In this document: in pieces, positions 1-12,989 of the stretch | Layout: each line of letters begins with the position of its first letter | Numbering within the stretch: position 1 is the stretch's first letter | Source of the DNA: Squalus acanthias | Taxonomy: Eukaryota | DNA: 64,000 bases | NCBI GenBank assembly: GCA_030390025.1 | Contig: CM059433.1 | Coordinates: 18,230,001 to 18,294,000, forward strand | Direction: 5' to 3' | The notes under the pieces: model-generated | Databases searched by the model: none | What the model was told of the DNA's origin: nothing | The model's input: the letters and a program-made list of their open reading frames with translations, nothing else | Program-made: the position numbers and the translations under genes

Positions 1-103
1 TTTACTTTAGGTTGAATACTGTATTTGGTTTTTGGAGGTTGACATGCTTCAAACTGTAGCAGTGTTTCTTCATTCTGAGGTTTCATTTGAGGTGGTTTTT
101 AAT

Positions 104-817
104 GGCCCGTAATTTCCGATAGGAGGCATCCGCACGCAGGAAGCCTCCTATCGGGAAAAAAATCTATGAACTTACCTGAGGGCTCCTGGGCCTGTCCACA
201 GTCGAAATGCACAGGGCCCACGTGTCCCAGAAGCGCAGGCAGTTCGCAAGCGTCCCTGGGATCACGTGGGCCAGGCCAGCCAATAGCAGAAAGGAATCTC
301 CCTTCATACTTTTGACAGATAGACCTGTCAAATATATGAATGGAGATCACCCCAAAAACACACAAACATTAAATACATTTTTAAAAACGCATCATGTTTT
401 TAAAATTACATTAAATTTAATATTTTAAACAAATTTAATTTTTTGAAAAAAATAATTAGTTTTTTACAGGGCTAAAAATAAACTTTTTTTAAGAAGTATT
501 TTTAAATTATAAATGAGTGGGGAAAAAATGTTTTTTTTTCAACTCTAATGCTGGTAAAAGCAGGCCTTACGCCTGCTTTTACCAGGCGTAAGATTTCTAA
601 GGGTTTTCAGCGGGCGGAGGTTCTGCAGAAAGTGGAACTCTTCCCCCCCGCAGAGGCCCTTCTCCAGGGCAGGCGTCCGATCTGTCAAGATTCTTGACAG
701 ATCGGAAATGCCGATTTTCAGCGCATGCGCTTCACATGCCTGAAACCGGCATTTCCGATGTCCCTAGGGGTGTGTACACAGCCCGTACACACCCGTAGGC
801 ATCGGAAAATACGGGCC
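104..817. mobile_element. MITE family A (non-autonomous DNA transposon, PIF/Harbinger-like)
   Basis: TIRs GGCCCGTAATTTCCGAT / ATCGGAAAATACGGGCC; AAT on both sides (101-103, 818-820); second copy at 48847-49580; no coding capacity. Confidence 0.8.
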
Positions 818-979
818 AATAAGTAGAAATATACATTGTTTAACCGCATTCAGTGCATGACATCTATTGGGTTAATTATAGTAACTGGTTATTATGTTGT
901 AACTTTACTACTGTAAGTCCATGCAGTCAGGTGGCAATGTAAAAAAAATATATTGCAATACCACTGGACCCAATCTACA

Positions 980-1087
980 TGATAGGGTTAGATAAAGAGA
1001 GATGGGAGAAGGCTCGTGTGGAGCATAAACACTGGCATGGACCAGTTGGGCTGAATGGCCTTTTTGTGTGCTGTACATTCTATGTAA
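980..1087 (+). mobile_element. CR1 LINE 3' terminal fragment
   Basis: GGGCTGAATGGCCT...CTGTACATTCTATG tail similar to other CR1 3' ends in the window. Confidence 0.55.
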
Positions 1088-1338
1088 TACATCTGTTTAG
1101 TTCCTGTCTAAAATTTATATTGAATTACTTATTTGTACAGTATAAACAGTATTCCATGGCTTATTGCAAATTTGATACCCACACCACCACCACCTTGCAT
1201 CTTCTGAGCAATAGTTAGGGACTTGATAAGCATCCGTGTAACTTCTTCAAGAGTGTGGAGATGCCGGCGTTGGACTGGGGTGGACAAAAATGAGAAGTCG
1301 CACAACACCAGGTTATAGTCCAACAGATTTATTTAATT

Positions 1339-1377
1339 TTACAAGCTTTCGGAACAGTTCGCTCCTTCGTCAGGTAA
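1339..1377 (-). ncRNA. Minimal type I hammerhead ribozyme (Penelope pLTR, sense copy)
   Basis: Reverse complement reads TTAC-CTGACGA-A-GGAGC-gaact-GTTCC-GAAA-GCTT-GTAA. Confidence 0.75.
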
Positions 1378-1611
1378 GTTAGCAGTGAGAGAATCTCCCA
1401 GAATTCACAATTTAAACACAGACAAAATATATTCAAATCTTTCCTACATCAAAGAGCACAGCCAAGACAATGAGATGTGTCCCAGGGGGTCCAACGTGTC
1501 AAACCACCTGCTGGCTGCATATCCTGTCAATCTGTGTAGGTTCTTGTGTTAGTCTTTTTAAAAAAAAAAACACCTGGGAAGACTGGCCATGATGTCAAGT
1601 CACGTTCTGTA

Positions 1612-1914
1612 TCATGACATGAACCCGATATCGCGATTGAGGCCATCCTCATGAGTGCGGAACTTGGCTATCAGTTTCTGCTCTATGATTTTGCGCTGTC
1701 GTGTATCCCGAAGGCCGCCTTGGAGAACGCTTACCCGCATATCCGAGGCTGAATGCCTCTGGCTGCTGAAGTGTTCCCCGATTGGGAGGCAACCCTCCTG
1801 CCTGGCGATTGTTGCGCGGTGTCCGTTCATACGTTGTCTCAGTGTCTGCATGGTCTCGCCGATGTACCATGCTCTGGAGCATCCTTTACTGCAACGTATC
1901 AGGTAGACAACGTT
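1612..1914 (-). pseudogene. Penelope GIY-YIG endonuclease fragment
   Basis: NVVYLIRC...WYIGET...LRQRMNGH...EHF...EQKLI...GLNRD motifs in ORF 1612..1962. Confidence 0.9.
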
Positions 1915-2061
1915 GGATATGCAGCCAGCAGGTGGTTTGACACGTTGGACCCCCTGGGACACATCTCATTGTCTTGGCTGTGCTCTTTGATGTAGGAAAG
2001 ATTTGAATATATTTTGTCTGTGTTTAAATTGTGAATTCTGGGAGATTCTCTCACTGCTAAC

Positions 2062-2100
2062 TTACCTGACGAAGGAGCGAACTGTTCCGAAAGCTTGTAA
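2062..2100 (+). ncRNA. Minimal type I hammerhead ribozyme (inverted pLTR copy)
   Basis: TTAC-CTGACGA-A-GGAGC..GTTCC-GAAA-GCTT-GTAA: CUGANGA/GAAA core, stems I and II, palindromic AGCT stem III. Confidence 0.75.
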
Positions 2101-3338
2101 AATTAAATAAATCTGTTGGACTATAACCTGGTGTTGTGCGACTTCTCATTTTTCTTCAAGAGTAACATGGAGGTGAATTGGTTTTCAGTGCATCAAATAA
2201 ATTAAATAGTTGCTTTGAATGCTGAGGAACCCATTAACTCAATTCAGCATGCATGTGTTTTAGAAAGGGGTTGTTTAGATTTGAATAACCTTAGCATGCT
2301 TTTATTATGTCCTTTTATAATTTGCAGAAGCTGATCCTGAAAATTAGATAAGTCGTAAGCGAGAGCTAGCAACACAGCCTGATGTGATGCCTCTCCAATA
2401 TTTTGCAACTTTTCTCATCTTTTTAGAATGCAAATGTTAATTCTGTCCCTTTTTGTAGTGAAAGCTGCCAACTACTAAAATGATACAATTAAAATGAAAT
2501 GATGCGCTATGGATTGGAATGCTGGTAACATTGAAAAAGGCCATGTTTTGACTAGAGTTGACAGACCATGAAAATGTCAGTGTTCTGCATTCATGTGAGC
2601 TGTTCTAGGTCACAGTGGGAAGTCAATGCGATTGCAAAACAAAGTTCGCAGAATTTTGTTTTAGGGGGGGGCGTGGGGAACCTCGGGAACCAATTCTTTA
2701 TTGTAGGTTCTGAAAGTATAGTACATTTTTAATGTGGAAAGAAGCCGAAAATGCTAATTGAGCTGTTCAACATCCTTGAACTTAAGGATTTATTCATCAA
2801 AAAATTTTGAAAGAATGCAAGCAATCGTTCAGAAAATCTATAAACTGACTGATCGTAGAATAATTTTATGCCTTCAATCTAAGAGTGAAGATTCACCTCT
2901 TGCCTTCCCCACCCCCCAAATAAGTGTTACCGCTTTAGTTGTTTGAGCACTGTTGGAATCTGCTGAGCAGCTCCTATAAAATGCTTCCTCTATGGAGTGT
3001 AGGAAAATTGAGAGAGCTGGCTGGAGCCATTGTTGAATACCTTTATTTGTGTAAGGTTTAGTAGTGGCATTGAATCAGGAAATGGGGATGAAGTACAAAA
3101 ATGCCTCGAGGGTCTCACTCCTGCCAACAGGAAAGTAGCTCCGCTCTTGAAAACAAAACGTGGAGAAGCTAATTTGTGTGTGGGGTGGGGGGGGTGTTAT
3201 AATTCAGCATGAATATCGCATTATTGGAGCGAGTTCTGTAACTTGATTTTTGCCCTGTTGGGGAAAACACAATTTTTGGTTAAAGTAGAAAGTGAATTAC
3301 TGAATGGCAGTTGGAGGCTCCAGTTCTAGTGAGCTGAA

Positions 3339-3489
3339 GGGCCGTATTTTCCGATCGGAGGCTTCCTGACAGATCGGGAATGCCGGTTTTCAGCGCGTGC
3401 GCTTGGCATGCCTGAAACCAGCATTTTCGATGTCCCTACGGGTGGGTACACAGCGCGTACACACCCGTAGGGATCGGAATATACGGCCT
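3339..3489. mobile_element. Internally deleted derivative of MITE family A
   Basis: GGCCGTATTTTCCGATC ... GATCGGAATATACGGCC; left end joined directly to the sequence matching about 695-817. Confidence 0.75.
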
Positions 3490-5267
3490 GATAAATTTGT
3501 TCAGAATTAGTAAGACATTTTCTCTCTCTTTCCCCCTCCAAAGAAAACCGGTATTTTTTTGAGCAGTTCTGCCTTTGGTATAACTTGGACCAGTCCTTAT
3601 CTGTGTCTTTGTGACTGACGAGACTGCATTAGTGAACTGTCTGCTGACATAGTCGGGCAGGAGGTGAAGCAACTGTGACTGAGACTTGACTTTCAGCTAT
3701 AGTCTAATAGACTGATTGAAGACATAGTTGATTAAATAGTCGATGGAACATGATACTTGTGATCCTGGGACTTTGAGCACTTCATCTGTGGAATGCAGCT
3801 CAGGATTCAATAAAGTAGATTATTCTCAGATGCATATCTAGCAATTTTGCTCGATTACCTTTAAGTTTGTGGAAGAAATATTGCAGAATTTTTGAGTTTG
3901 CTTTTCTTTGCCTCCGGGCACATTGCCAAGAGCTTACTCGGATTACGAGGTAAGGTTAGACCCTCTCAAAGGTTTGCGGAGTTGGGACTCCACCCATCAG
4001 TGTAATCTCACAACAAGAGCCAAAACATTCCATGGTAAGATGATTTTAAAATGTAACAGTAACCAAATCAAGAAGAGATTGTGGTTTATTTTAGAATTTA
4101 ATGATCAGTACTGTTAGCAAATAATTTAATGTTTCTGAAATACCTGGGTGAAGCAATACCACTAAGATGTAAGCAGACTGGTTTCTGAGTGTTTTTTGTT
4201 GAAAAATTAAGTTTAAGAATCAGTGCCCATATTACAGGACTCCGTCAAGTTTCAAAAGAGGAGAGAATATGAGGTATGTCAGGAATTAATGACGAGCTTG
4301 GGTTTTAAAAACCTGAGGTTTATAGAAGAGAAGTCTGAGGTCGTCATAAACTTCCTCAGCTTTAATATTCTGGGAAACAATGTGATTTGAGTCATGGGGT
4401 TTCAGCATAGTGGATATGCAGTGAAAACCATGAGCATGTTCGATGGCGTATTTGCGGTTTAGGATAAAAATTATCAAAAAAATAGATAAAGGCCGCATTC
4501 CTACTTTGGGTGGGGGGAGAGCGGGGGGTGAAGGACAAGGGGAGAGAGTTTGCAGATTGGGAAAATATCGCTGGCTTATAAGTTGTTGTACCCTGTCGAG
4601 GATACAGAAACTGAGTTTCTCTAGTTATGTGCACTTCATGGCCCTCTGACATAGGGAAGGATATTTGTTTTCAAATTCTTGACATGGTGTTTTGGTGAAT
4701 CTAATTAGGAGAACGGCAGTGGCGTTGTAAGGATATAAAGAGAAACTTCATGGCTAGACTGACCTGATGCCTTCTGAACAATATATTTGCTAGTAAACCA
4801 AGATTCTTTGTCATTAATCCCTTACAAACGTCTCCGTTTTTGAGTGGTTCCAGCAAATGCCATTTTGTTTTGTCATACCATATCGGGACAGGCCCCCAGT
4901 GACCATCTGCTCCCACTCTGTATTAAAGCCCAGGATTTGGATGATTGACAATTCTCCCCCGCCCCAGTTTTGAGCGTGTTCTCGAAGATCCCTTTGTTTA
5001 ACTTCCAGAGCCAGGCTCTATGGTATTTAATGAGTTTTATAAGGGCGTACAGGTTTAGCTCTTAACTGCTTATTTACATATTGATCTCTTTGGTCTGTTC
5101 CTCTTTTAGTCGGTTCCTGGTTGCACACTCAGCTGGGGATACCTCATCCTTACTCCCACTTCAGGACTCGATACTCTAGTTTGCTGATTGGCTGCAAAAT
5201 CACTCTTCTCAAAGAATTGGAGTACTTCGCACTAATGCCTTCAGCGCATTGAGTCTATAAAGCAATA

Positions 5268-5665
5268 AGTCCCACTCTAGGGACTTGAGCACATAGAGCT
5301 AGGCTGACACTCCAGTGCAGTACTGAGGGAGTGCTGCACTGTCTGAGGTGCTGTCTTTCATTAAACCGAGGCCCCGTCTGCTCTCTCAGGTGGATGTAAA
5401 AGATCCCATGGCACTATTTTCGAAGAAGAGCAGGGGAGTTATCCCCGGTGTCCTGGCCAATATTTATCCCTCAACCAACATAAAAAAATCAGATTATAAC
5501 TGGTCATTATCACATTGCTGTTTGTGGGAGCTTGCTGTGTGCAAGTTGGCTACCACGTTTCCCACATTACAACAGTGACTCCACTTCAGAAATACTTCAT
5601 TGGCTGTAAAGCGCTTTGAGACGTCCGGTGGTCGTGAAAGGCACTATAGAAATGAGTCTTTTTTT
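5268..5665 (+). mobile_element. Deu-domain tRNA-SINE (SacSINE1-like), head degraded
   Basis: GATGTAAAAGATCCCATGGCAC...CCCCGGTGTCCTGGCCAA Deu-domain core; L2-like tail. Confidence 0.8.
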
Positions 5666-7639
5666 AATAAAACATACGAGAGCCTCGGACAAGCTAGTGA
5701 GATTTTTCTTGTTGCACCAAATGATTTCTCCAGAAAGATAGCTTTTCATTTATAAAACAAAACATTCAGCCAGTGCTATATATTTTCCCTCAAGACCGAG
5801 CTCAGTACATTGATTTAGATCCAGGGACCCGGTCTGAAAGTTACATAAAACAGATTTCCTTGGCTTCATTTAGGGACCCAGATTCCAGTGAAAGGGTGTA
5901 AAGTAATGGGAGCAGGGCTTCTTAGATACACTTCATTGATCTCTACTACGTTTGTGCTCAAGACACTCTTTCAAAAAATAATAATTCTGGAGCACTCCTT
6001 AAATAAGGCCTTTAGTTTATCGTTCAGACCCACTAAGCAATGCATTCTGTAGCCTGATGAAGCGAGAAGTGTCCTTACACTCTGCCAATCTTGGGTTGCA
6101 GAGGATTATATCAAACGTTTCACCCAGCTGGGTTCTGGTTGACAGGTAGGTGTGGTGCTAAAACAAATTAAACTGAAAAGAATACATTGTGCAGCGACTG
6201 AGTATTCAGAATTATCAATATTAAACTACAGTTAAGAACAAACAGGTTTCTCAAGGGGGGGGGCGGGTGGGGTCTGCGATTTCTTTAATTTCCCAAACAT
6301 TATAAACTCTGTTTCATGGGGAGAGGATGTCCTGAAGGAAGAGAAAATGGAAGGGGGAAAAGGAGAAAGATACTCGGAACATTACTGGCATATTGAGGGT
6401 GTGCCTGAGAATAGTGTTACAGAAACCAGTGCTGGGTTCACGTGGGTCTATTAATACCAGTTGGCTTGGGGTTTAGATGCTGGCTTACCTTGAATTGCAG
6501 TATCTCAAGTGGAGTCCTTCCAAGTATTAGACCAGCCACAGTCAAGACACATTTAGTAAATTTCTCCTGTCTACGTTCTTTTGGGCAAATGCCACAGGCA
6601 TGTGGACTGACGTATGGAGGCTTTTGAGTTCTATCCTTTTGCTAGAGCAGTTGTATAAAACTTATCCAGGCTCAGCACACCACCTAGTTCTGGTGCCAGT
6701 AGCAGACTCTGCCATAATCCTCCAAGACCGTTCCTGTTAACGGAATGTCGGTTATCCAAGATGCTCATCTTGAGGCACTTAAATATATAGACGTTTAGGG
6801 CCCAGGATTTATATGCAAGGAGCCTTCCAAGCATATATGGCTTGTCATTGTGCATTTGTTCATCTTGCAGCAACTCCGATATGGTTAGTGGCTAGATCCA
6901 GGCAGGCTCTCTTTCGAGAGTGTTTCGTGGCCCTTACTGAGGACCAGATTCAGACTGGGGCAGCAGGCACTGTGCGTGTCTTTGACTCGGCAGATAAGTA
7001 CATATTTTATGGTGGTATTTTATGTTGTACGAACCTGGCTATGCCTTTTCACCCTGCCTTGAAAGCTCTAACAGCAATTGATCATCTTGTATTTGATGGA
7101 AAAGATGTTTTTAGGGGCCCGTTGGAAAGCTCTAAACCTAATTTCCAAAAGGTTAAGGATATGGAAGGCACAGGACACAGAAGGTGCACTATGCTGGCGG
7201 GTAATCTAGAACAAACCTATTGTTTCAGATGGCATCCATATCCAATCATATGGGGTGCAAGGTTTAAACACCCAATCCCAGATTCTCCTCCAGGGGCATG
7301 AATGCGCTCTAGGATCTGGCCCCTTTAGATCAAGCCATTGTTGACTCTATCGGGCCCTTAAATCCACCACTTCTTTAGCAGCATAGTGGGAGGGAATGAT
7401 TACCTTTGTTCATGGGTCCGAGCAACTGTCGGCCATGTGTATCCTCTTCATTTAAAAGATGCTGCTCCCCTGTTTTGGGGGATGATACACTCAAACCTTT
7501 ACAGGACTCCCTTGTGATGGAGATGTTAACATCCCAAATAAGAGATCTGTTATGTTTAGGGGCAAATTTATTCCCATTATTTTCTTGTGCCCAAGAAACT
7601 AGGTGGTCCTTGTCCCATTTTGGACTTTAGAAACTACTC

Positions 7640-8640
7640 AGTTCCAGGAAAACTTCCATTTAACCAGGCATATAATGTCAAATGGTGGAAGTGTGCATAA
7701 CAGTGGGTGGCTTGATCTATTTTCCTTACAAGTCCATTATATTTTGGAACATCTGCAATATTTCAGCTGAACCTCAAGCCCAGTTCATATGGCTACCATT
7801 ACAACCTTTCATAAACCTTTAGAATCTTAGAAAGTACAGCTCAGAAGGAGGCCATTCAGCTGTTCCTGCCTATTGCTGGGACTAGCTTTGCAACTGAAGC
7901 TACCTTCTGTAATTCCATTTCCCATTGGCAGTGGCCTGGTTCTCAACCCCTTGTGTCTTAATTTTATGTGGGCTGTATGGCAGTTGCTTTCAGATAGACC
8001 ACCCTTACTTCCTGACTGGGATCTTAATATAATAACGCTTCACCATTTGAGCCTCTTCTAAAGTGTGGTTTGAGGTTTCTTCCTTGAAATACAGCATTAT
8101 TAGTGGCTTTAGTTTAAGCCTGAAGGGTTAGTGAGCTGTTGGTTTTAATTGTAGATCCACTTTATTTGATTTTGCATGAGGACAGAGTAGTCCTTTGACT
8201 TACCAGAGCCCCAGTTTGTGGGTATGGAAACTAAGACGGAAACCACACATTAATGTGAAAGTTAAATTGTCGTTGTGGGTCAGGAGATTGTTCTACCCTC
8301 TTTCTCTGCCTCCCCATCAATCAAACGTGGCTCTTTGGGTTGACTGTGTACATGCAAACAGAGTACTTTGTTTGTAACAAAGAGATTAAGATTACCAACG
8401 TTGTGGCCTTTTTGTCATCCATCAACTGACAGCATCGTTCCCTACCACCTCCTCAGTTCCTGTTGGGGTTCTTGTTTTCTTTGATTAGAGAGCTTTTAGG
8501 CTAGGTCCTAGACCTATTACAAGGTCTGGGTCTTTTGCAGAGTGGCGGCAGGGGATCAAGTAGGAAGCAGCCCCGATGTATTACTGAGGGGAAAAAAATG
8601 ATTTCTCAAACCAATCAAGATTAAACAAGTTGCTATGGTA
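7640..8640 (+). mobile_element. Decayed DIRS-type retroelement, tyrosine recombinase region (element may extend upstream to about 4.4 kb)
   Basis: Manual translation through frameshifts gives PDWDLNII...FEPL...SLK.TALLVAL..A.RVSELLVLIVDPLYLILHEDRVVL, matching vertebrate DIRS1 YR motifs. Confidence 0.6.
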
Positions 8641-10695
8641 TGTAAGGGAAGCTGTCATTTGAAAATTGCCCCAAATAAAGTAGTATTTTAGCAAATAATT
8701 TTATCACTCAAATTTTCAGCCTGTTTTTCTTTTAGATCTTTATATCCATTTTGTCTGTTAGTGGCATGGTTTGATTGTCTGTCTTGTATCCTGTGGAAAT
8801 AGGGAGCCTGTGTGTGATGATCGAAGTTTTAAAGGAGCATTCGCTCCTTACATGGTATAATCCTTAGAGTGGAGCTAATTCTAATTGTTGTCACTGAGGT
8901 GATTCATAAGATAACTGCTTCCCATGAGAGATGGAGTAGCTTTTTAATGGCTGCTACATGATGCAACATCCTTAGACCTGTATCCATAGCGACCAGGAGC
9001 ACAATTAATTGCATCAACTCAAAAAGTGAACACGTCGGGAGGGAGGATGTCATTTGGGATAACCTCCACTAAATTTACTGCCTATGTGCTTCTGCTGCTC
9101 AATTCAAGCTGCTACATGTGGATTCATCCCACCAGCTAATTCCCATTTCTTTTCCTGGCAGCAACTGTTGTCATGGCTGTGATTTCAGGTTTGTATTTGC
9201 CAAATCTCCAGATTATCCTGGAATATTTCACAGTAAAAATTCCCCTCTTCCCCGAGCAAGCTTCACTCTATAAAGGAAGATAAGCCACTAATTAAATGTA
9301 GATGAGAAATCTTTTACACATTAACTGTATAAGTCTGTACTTTTTACCTGTAAAAACAGGACTGTTCCGTGAATAGAGTATGGCCCTTTGTCTCGTGTGA
9401 TGGCATTTTGACAAGAATGGAATTGAATCTACATAATACATTTAATTACTTGGTGTAATGGGAGGAATTCTTCTCCACCATCCCGCTCAAAATCGAGCGG
9501 GATCGCAGCAGACAAGGAGGAAAATTTGAGTGATGAGGCCTACTGCTGCCTCACTGCCCTGACTGGGATTTCCTGCCACTGTCAGGATTGCCACTGGCTG
9601 CTGTTTCCCTGCCTGCAGCACACAGATGGCAGCAGTGAATGTGGCCTGGGTCTCCTATTGTTTTTCCCTGCTGTCTGCCCCACTTATCATTGCTTTTTGG
9701 GGCTGCCAGGTGGAAGGTGGTGGTAGCCCTGGGAAGTGGCGGTGGCTGTCTCTCCACTGTAGAGGGAGATGACCTTGTAGTGGCCGTCAGTCCCTCCTGT
9801 CAGCCCCAAAGACTTGAGTGCTGAAGGCCCTGGTCTCTGGTGAGGCTTTCAGTGGGGGACAGCTGACCTGATCTTCACCGCGCTCCTGCCTCTGTAATGC
9901 CCCTTGTTGCTTTGTCTGGCGCTGCAGCACCATCAGGCTCCTACTGGAGGTAGGATTGCTGCTGGGATTCCACAGTGTACAGTAAGGGATATTCTCTCTC
10001 CCCACCACCCTCCCAGGGAAATGGCCACGGTTGGGGCAGATCTGACGGGCAAGTCGAAGCTGGATCTCTACCTCAAAAAGAGGAATCCCAGCGACTGTGT
10101 TTTAATGCCATTTAGATACTGGGTGTAACTTTCGTAGTTCCTTTTTCTACATAAGGCGATGTTTGGCATGAGGAGATTTTCAAATTTCTCGGGTAAGAAT
10201 TCCATTCAACAATTTAAAAAGTCCCAACAACCACAGTGCTGTTATGATTTTTAACTCGCTATAATAATAGCCTAATATTTTTCTGGCAGATGAGATGAAA
10301 TGTTGATGACCTGACTTGTCTTTTAAATTACATGTCGGATAAAAGTCACCTCCCAGTGAAAGGTATCTGCCATCTTTTGTTGTATGTACTTAAAGAATGA
10401 CATTCATTGAAGACAGTAACTAATAAATCGTCAAACCATCTTTTCAAAAGTGTTTGTAATTGTGCAAATCACATGTACGTACACGGATATAAATTATGAT
10501 CCTGATTTGTGCTGCGTCCTGTCATTGTAACGGGGTTTCAGCAAATATGCAGTGGTTTGGGGGAAGATGAATAGTTTTCCTGGGACATATTCCCGTATGC
10601 AGTATGTTTTGTCACCAGATTGATGTTACCGGTGTATAGTTGCAGGGAATAAGATTGCTCTAAAAGTGTTAATTGTGACAACTTCCTGTTTTTCT

Positions 10696-12910
10696 TTAAT
10701 AAAAACAGAAAATGCTGGAAATACTCAGCAAGTCAGGCAGCATCTGTGGAGAGAGAAACAGAGTTAACGTTTCAGGTTGATGACCCTTCGTCAGAACTGG
10801 AAAAAGTTGGAGATGGAACAGGTTTTTAAACAAGTGCAGGGGCAGGGAAAGGGGGGAGGGGAGGAAAGAACAAAAGGGAAGGTCTATGATAGGATGGACG
10901 GCAGGAGAGATTAAGAGACACAAGAAATGATGGTGCAAGGCAAAAGGAGATGGTAATGGGACAAGTTAAGAAACAAAAGATGGCTTTAGATGAAGTGTAA
11001 ATGGCGATGGCAGAATGAAAGACAGCTCCCATGTGAGAGAGAGAAAAAAATTAATGGAAAAAAGGTAGGGGCAGAGGTTATGGTCTTAAATTGTTGAACT
11101 CTATGTTGAGTCCAGAAGGCTGTAAAGTGCCTAATCGAAAGATGAGGTGCTGTTCCTCGAGCTTACGTTGAGCTTCATTGGAACAGTGTAAGAGGCCGTG
11201 GACGGTGAGGTCCGAGTGGAGCGGAGAATTAAAGTGACAGGCGACCGGAAGCTCGGGGTCACCCTTGCGGACTGAACGGAGGTGTTCCGCAAAGCGGTCA
11301 CCCAATCTGCGTTTGGTCTCCCCAATGTAGAGGAGACCACATCATGAGCAGCGAATACAGTATACTAAATTGCACGAAGTACAAATAAATCGCTGTTTCA
11401 CCTGGAAGGAGTGTTTAGGGCCCTGGACAGTAGGAAGGGAGGAGGTAAAAGGGCATCTGTTGCATCTCCTGCGCTTGCATGGGAAGGTGTTGGGGATGAT
11501 AGAGGAGTGGACCAGGGTGTCGCGGAGGGAGCGGTCCCTTCGGAATGCTGAAAGGGGAAGTGAGGGGGCGATGTGTTTGGTGGTGGGATCACGCTGGAGG
11601 TGGCGGAAATGGCGGAGGATGATCCGTCGAATGTGGAGGCTGGTGGGGTGAAAGGGGAGGACAAGGGGAACCCTATCGTGGTTCCGGGAGGGAGGGGAAG
11701 GGATGAGAGCAGAAGTGCGGGAAATAGAATGGACACGGTCAAGGGCTGTGTCAACCACAGTAGAGAGGAATCCTCGGTTGAGGAAAAAGGAAGACATGTC
11801 GGAAGCACTAGCATGGAAGGTGGCATCGTCAGAGCAGATGCGGTGGAGACGGAGAAACTGGGAGAATGGAATAGAGTCCTTGCAGGAAGCGGGGTGGGAG
11901 GAAGTGTAGTCTAGGTAGCTGTGGGAGTCAGTGGGCTTGTAGTGAATGTTTGTCAATAGCCTATCCCCAGAGATAGAGACAGAGGTCAAGGAAGGGAAGA
12001 GTTGGAGATGGACCATGTGAAGGTGAGGGAAGGGTGGAAATTGGAAGCAAAGTGAATGAAATTTTCTAGTTCAGGACAAGAGCAGGAAACAGCACCAATA
12101 CAGTCATCAATGTACCGGAAAAAGAGGTGAGGGAGGGGACCTGAGTAGGACTGGAACAAAGAATGTTCCACATATCCCACAAAAAGGCAGGCATAGCTGG
12201 GACCCATGTGGGTTCCCATAGCAACACCTTTAATTTGGGGGAAGTGAGTGGAGTCAAAGGAGAAGTTGTTCAATGTGAGAACAAGTTCAGCCAGGCGGAG
12301 GAGGGTGGTGGTGGATGGGGACTGGTTGGGCCTCTGTTCAAGGAAGAAGCGGAGCGCCCTCAGGCCATCCTAGTGGGGGATGGAGGTGTAGAGGGATTGG
12401 ACGTCCACAGTGAAAAGGAGACAGTTGGGGCCAGGAAACTGGAAACTGTTAAAGTGGCGGAGGGCGTCGGAAGAGACGCGGATGTAGGTGGGAAGAGACT
12501 GGACAAGGAGAAGAAATAGAGTCGCGATAGGAAGAGATAAGTTCCGTGGGGCAAGGACAGGCTGAAACGATGGGTCGACCAGGGCAGTCCTGTTTGTGGA
12601 TCTTGGGAAGGAGGTAGAAGCGGGCTGTGCGGGGTTGGGGAACTATGAGGTTGGCGGCCGTGGAGGGAAGATCTCCAGAGGAGATGAGGTCAATGACGGT
12701 CTTGGAAATGGTGGCTTGATGTTCGGTAGTGGGGTCATGGTCCAGGCGGAGGTAGGAGGAGGTGTCGGAGAGTTGGCGTTCAGCCTCCGCTAGGTAGAGG
12801 TCGGTTCGCCAAACAACAACAGCACCACCCTTATCAGCAGGTTTAATGACAATGTTGGGGTTGGATCTGAGAATGGAGTGCTGCAAGTTCAGAGGGAGGT
12901 AGGTTGGAGT
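10696..12910 (-). mobile_element. Penelope-like element family 2 (RT + GIY-YIG, frameshifted, 5'-truncated)
   Basis: IKPADKGGAVVV, FYLLPKIHK...GRPIVS, GVAMGT...FRYIDD, YKPTDSHSYL, NLVYCIRCS, RFAEHLRS...GLNIEF; pLTR at about 10696-10850. Confidence 0.92.
10762..10798 (-). ncRNA. Minimal hammerhead ribozyme of Penelope family 2
   Basis: Reverse complement reads AGTT-CTGACGA-A-GGGT-catca-ACCT-GAAA-CGTT-AACT. Confidence 0.75.
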
Positions 12911-12989
12911 GATTTTCTTTGGACTGTTTTTCTTTGCTGTTAATGTGACATCTGCACAATACCTCCAGCTGCACTACACGCACATTCCA

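Larger units (their letters stand above)
1255..2151 (-). mobile_element. Penelope-like element family 1, 5'-truncated with inverted pLTR
   Basis: GIY-YIG C-terminus on the minus strand; 239-bp inverted repeat 1286-1524 / 1915-2153; TSD TTCTTCAAGAGT (1243-1254, 2152-2163). Confidence 0.9.

Noticed and set aside
6813..7301. 162-aa ORF as a host gene
   Set aside because: No recognisable domain or exon structure; lies within the suspected DIRS remnant.
9470..10140. Another possible GG-ended MITE
   Set aside because: Left end is plausible (AAT GGGAGGAATT) but no matching right TIR or TSD was found.
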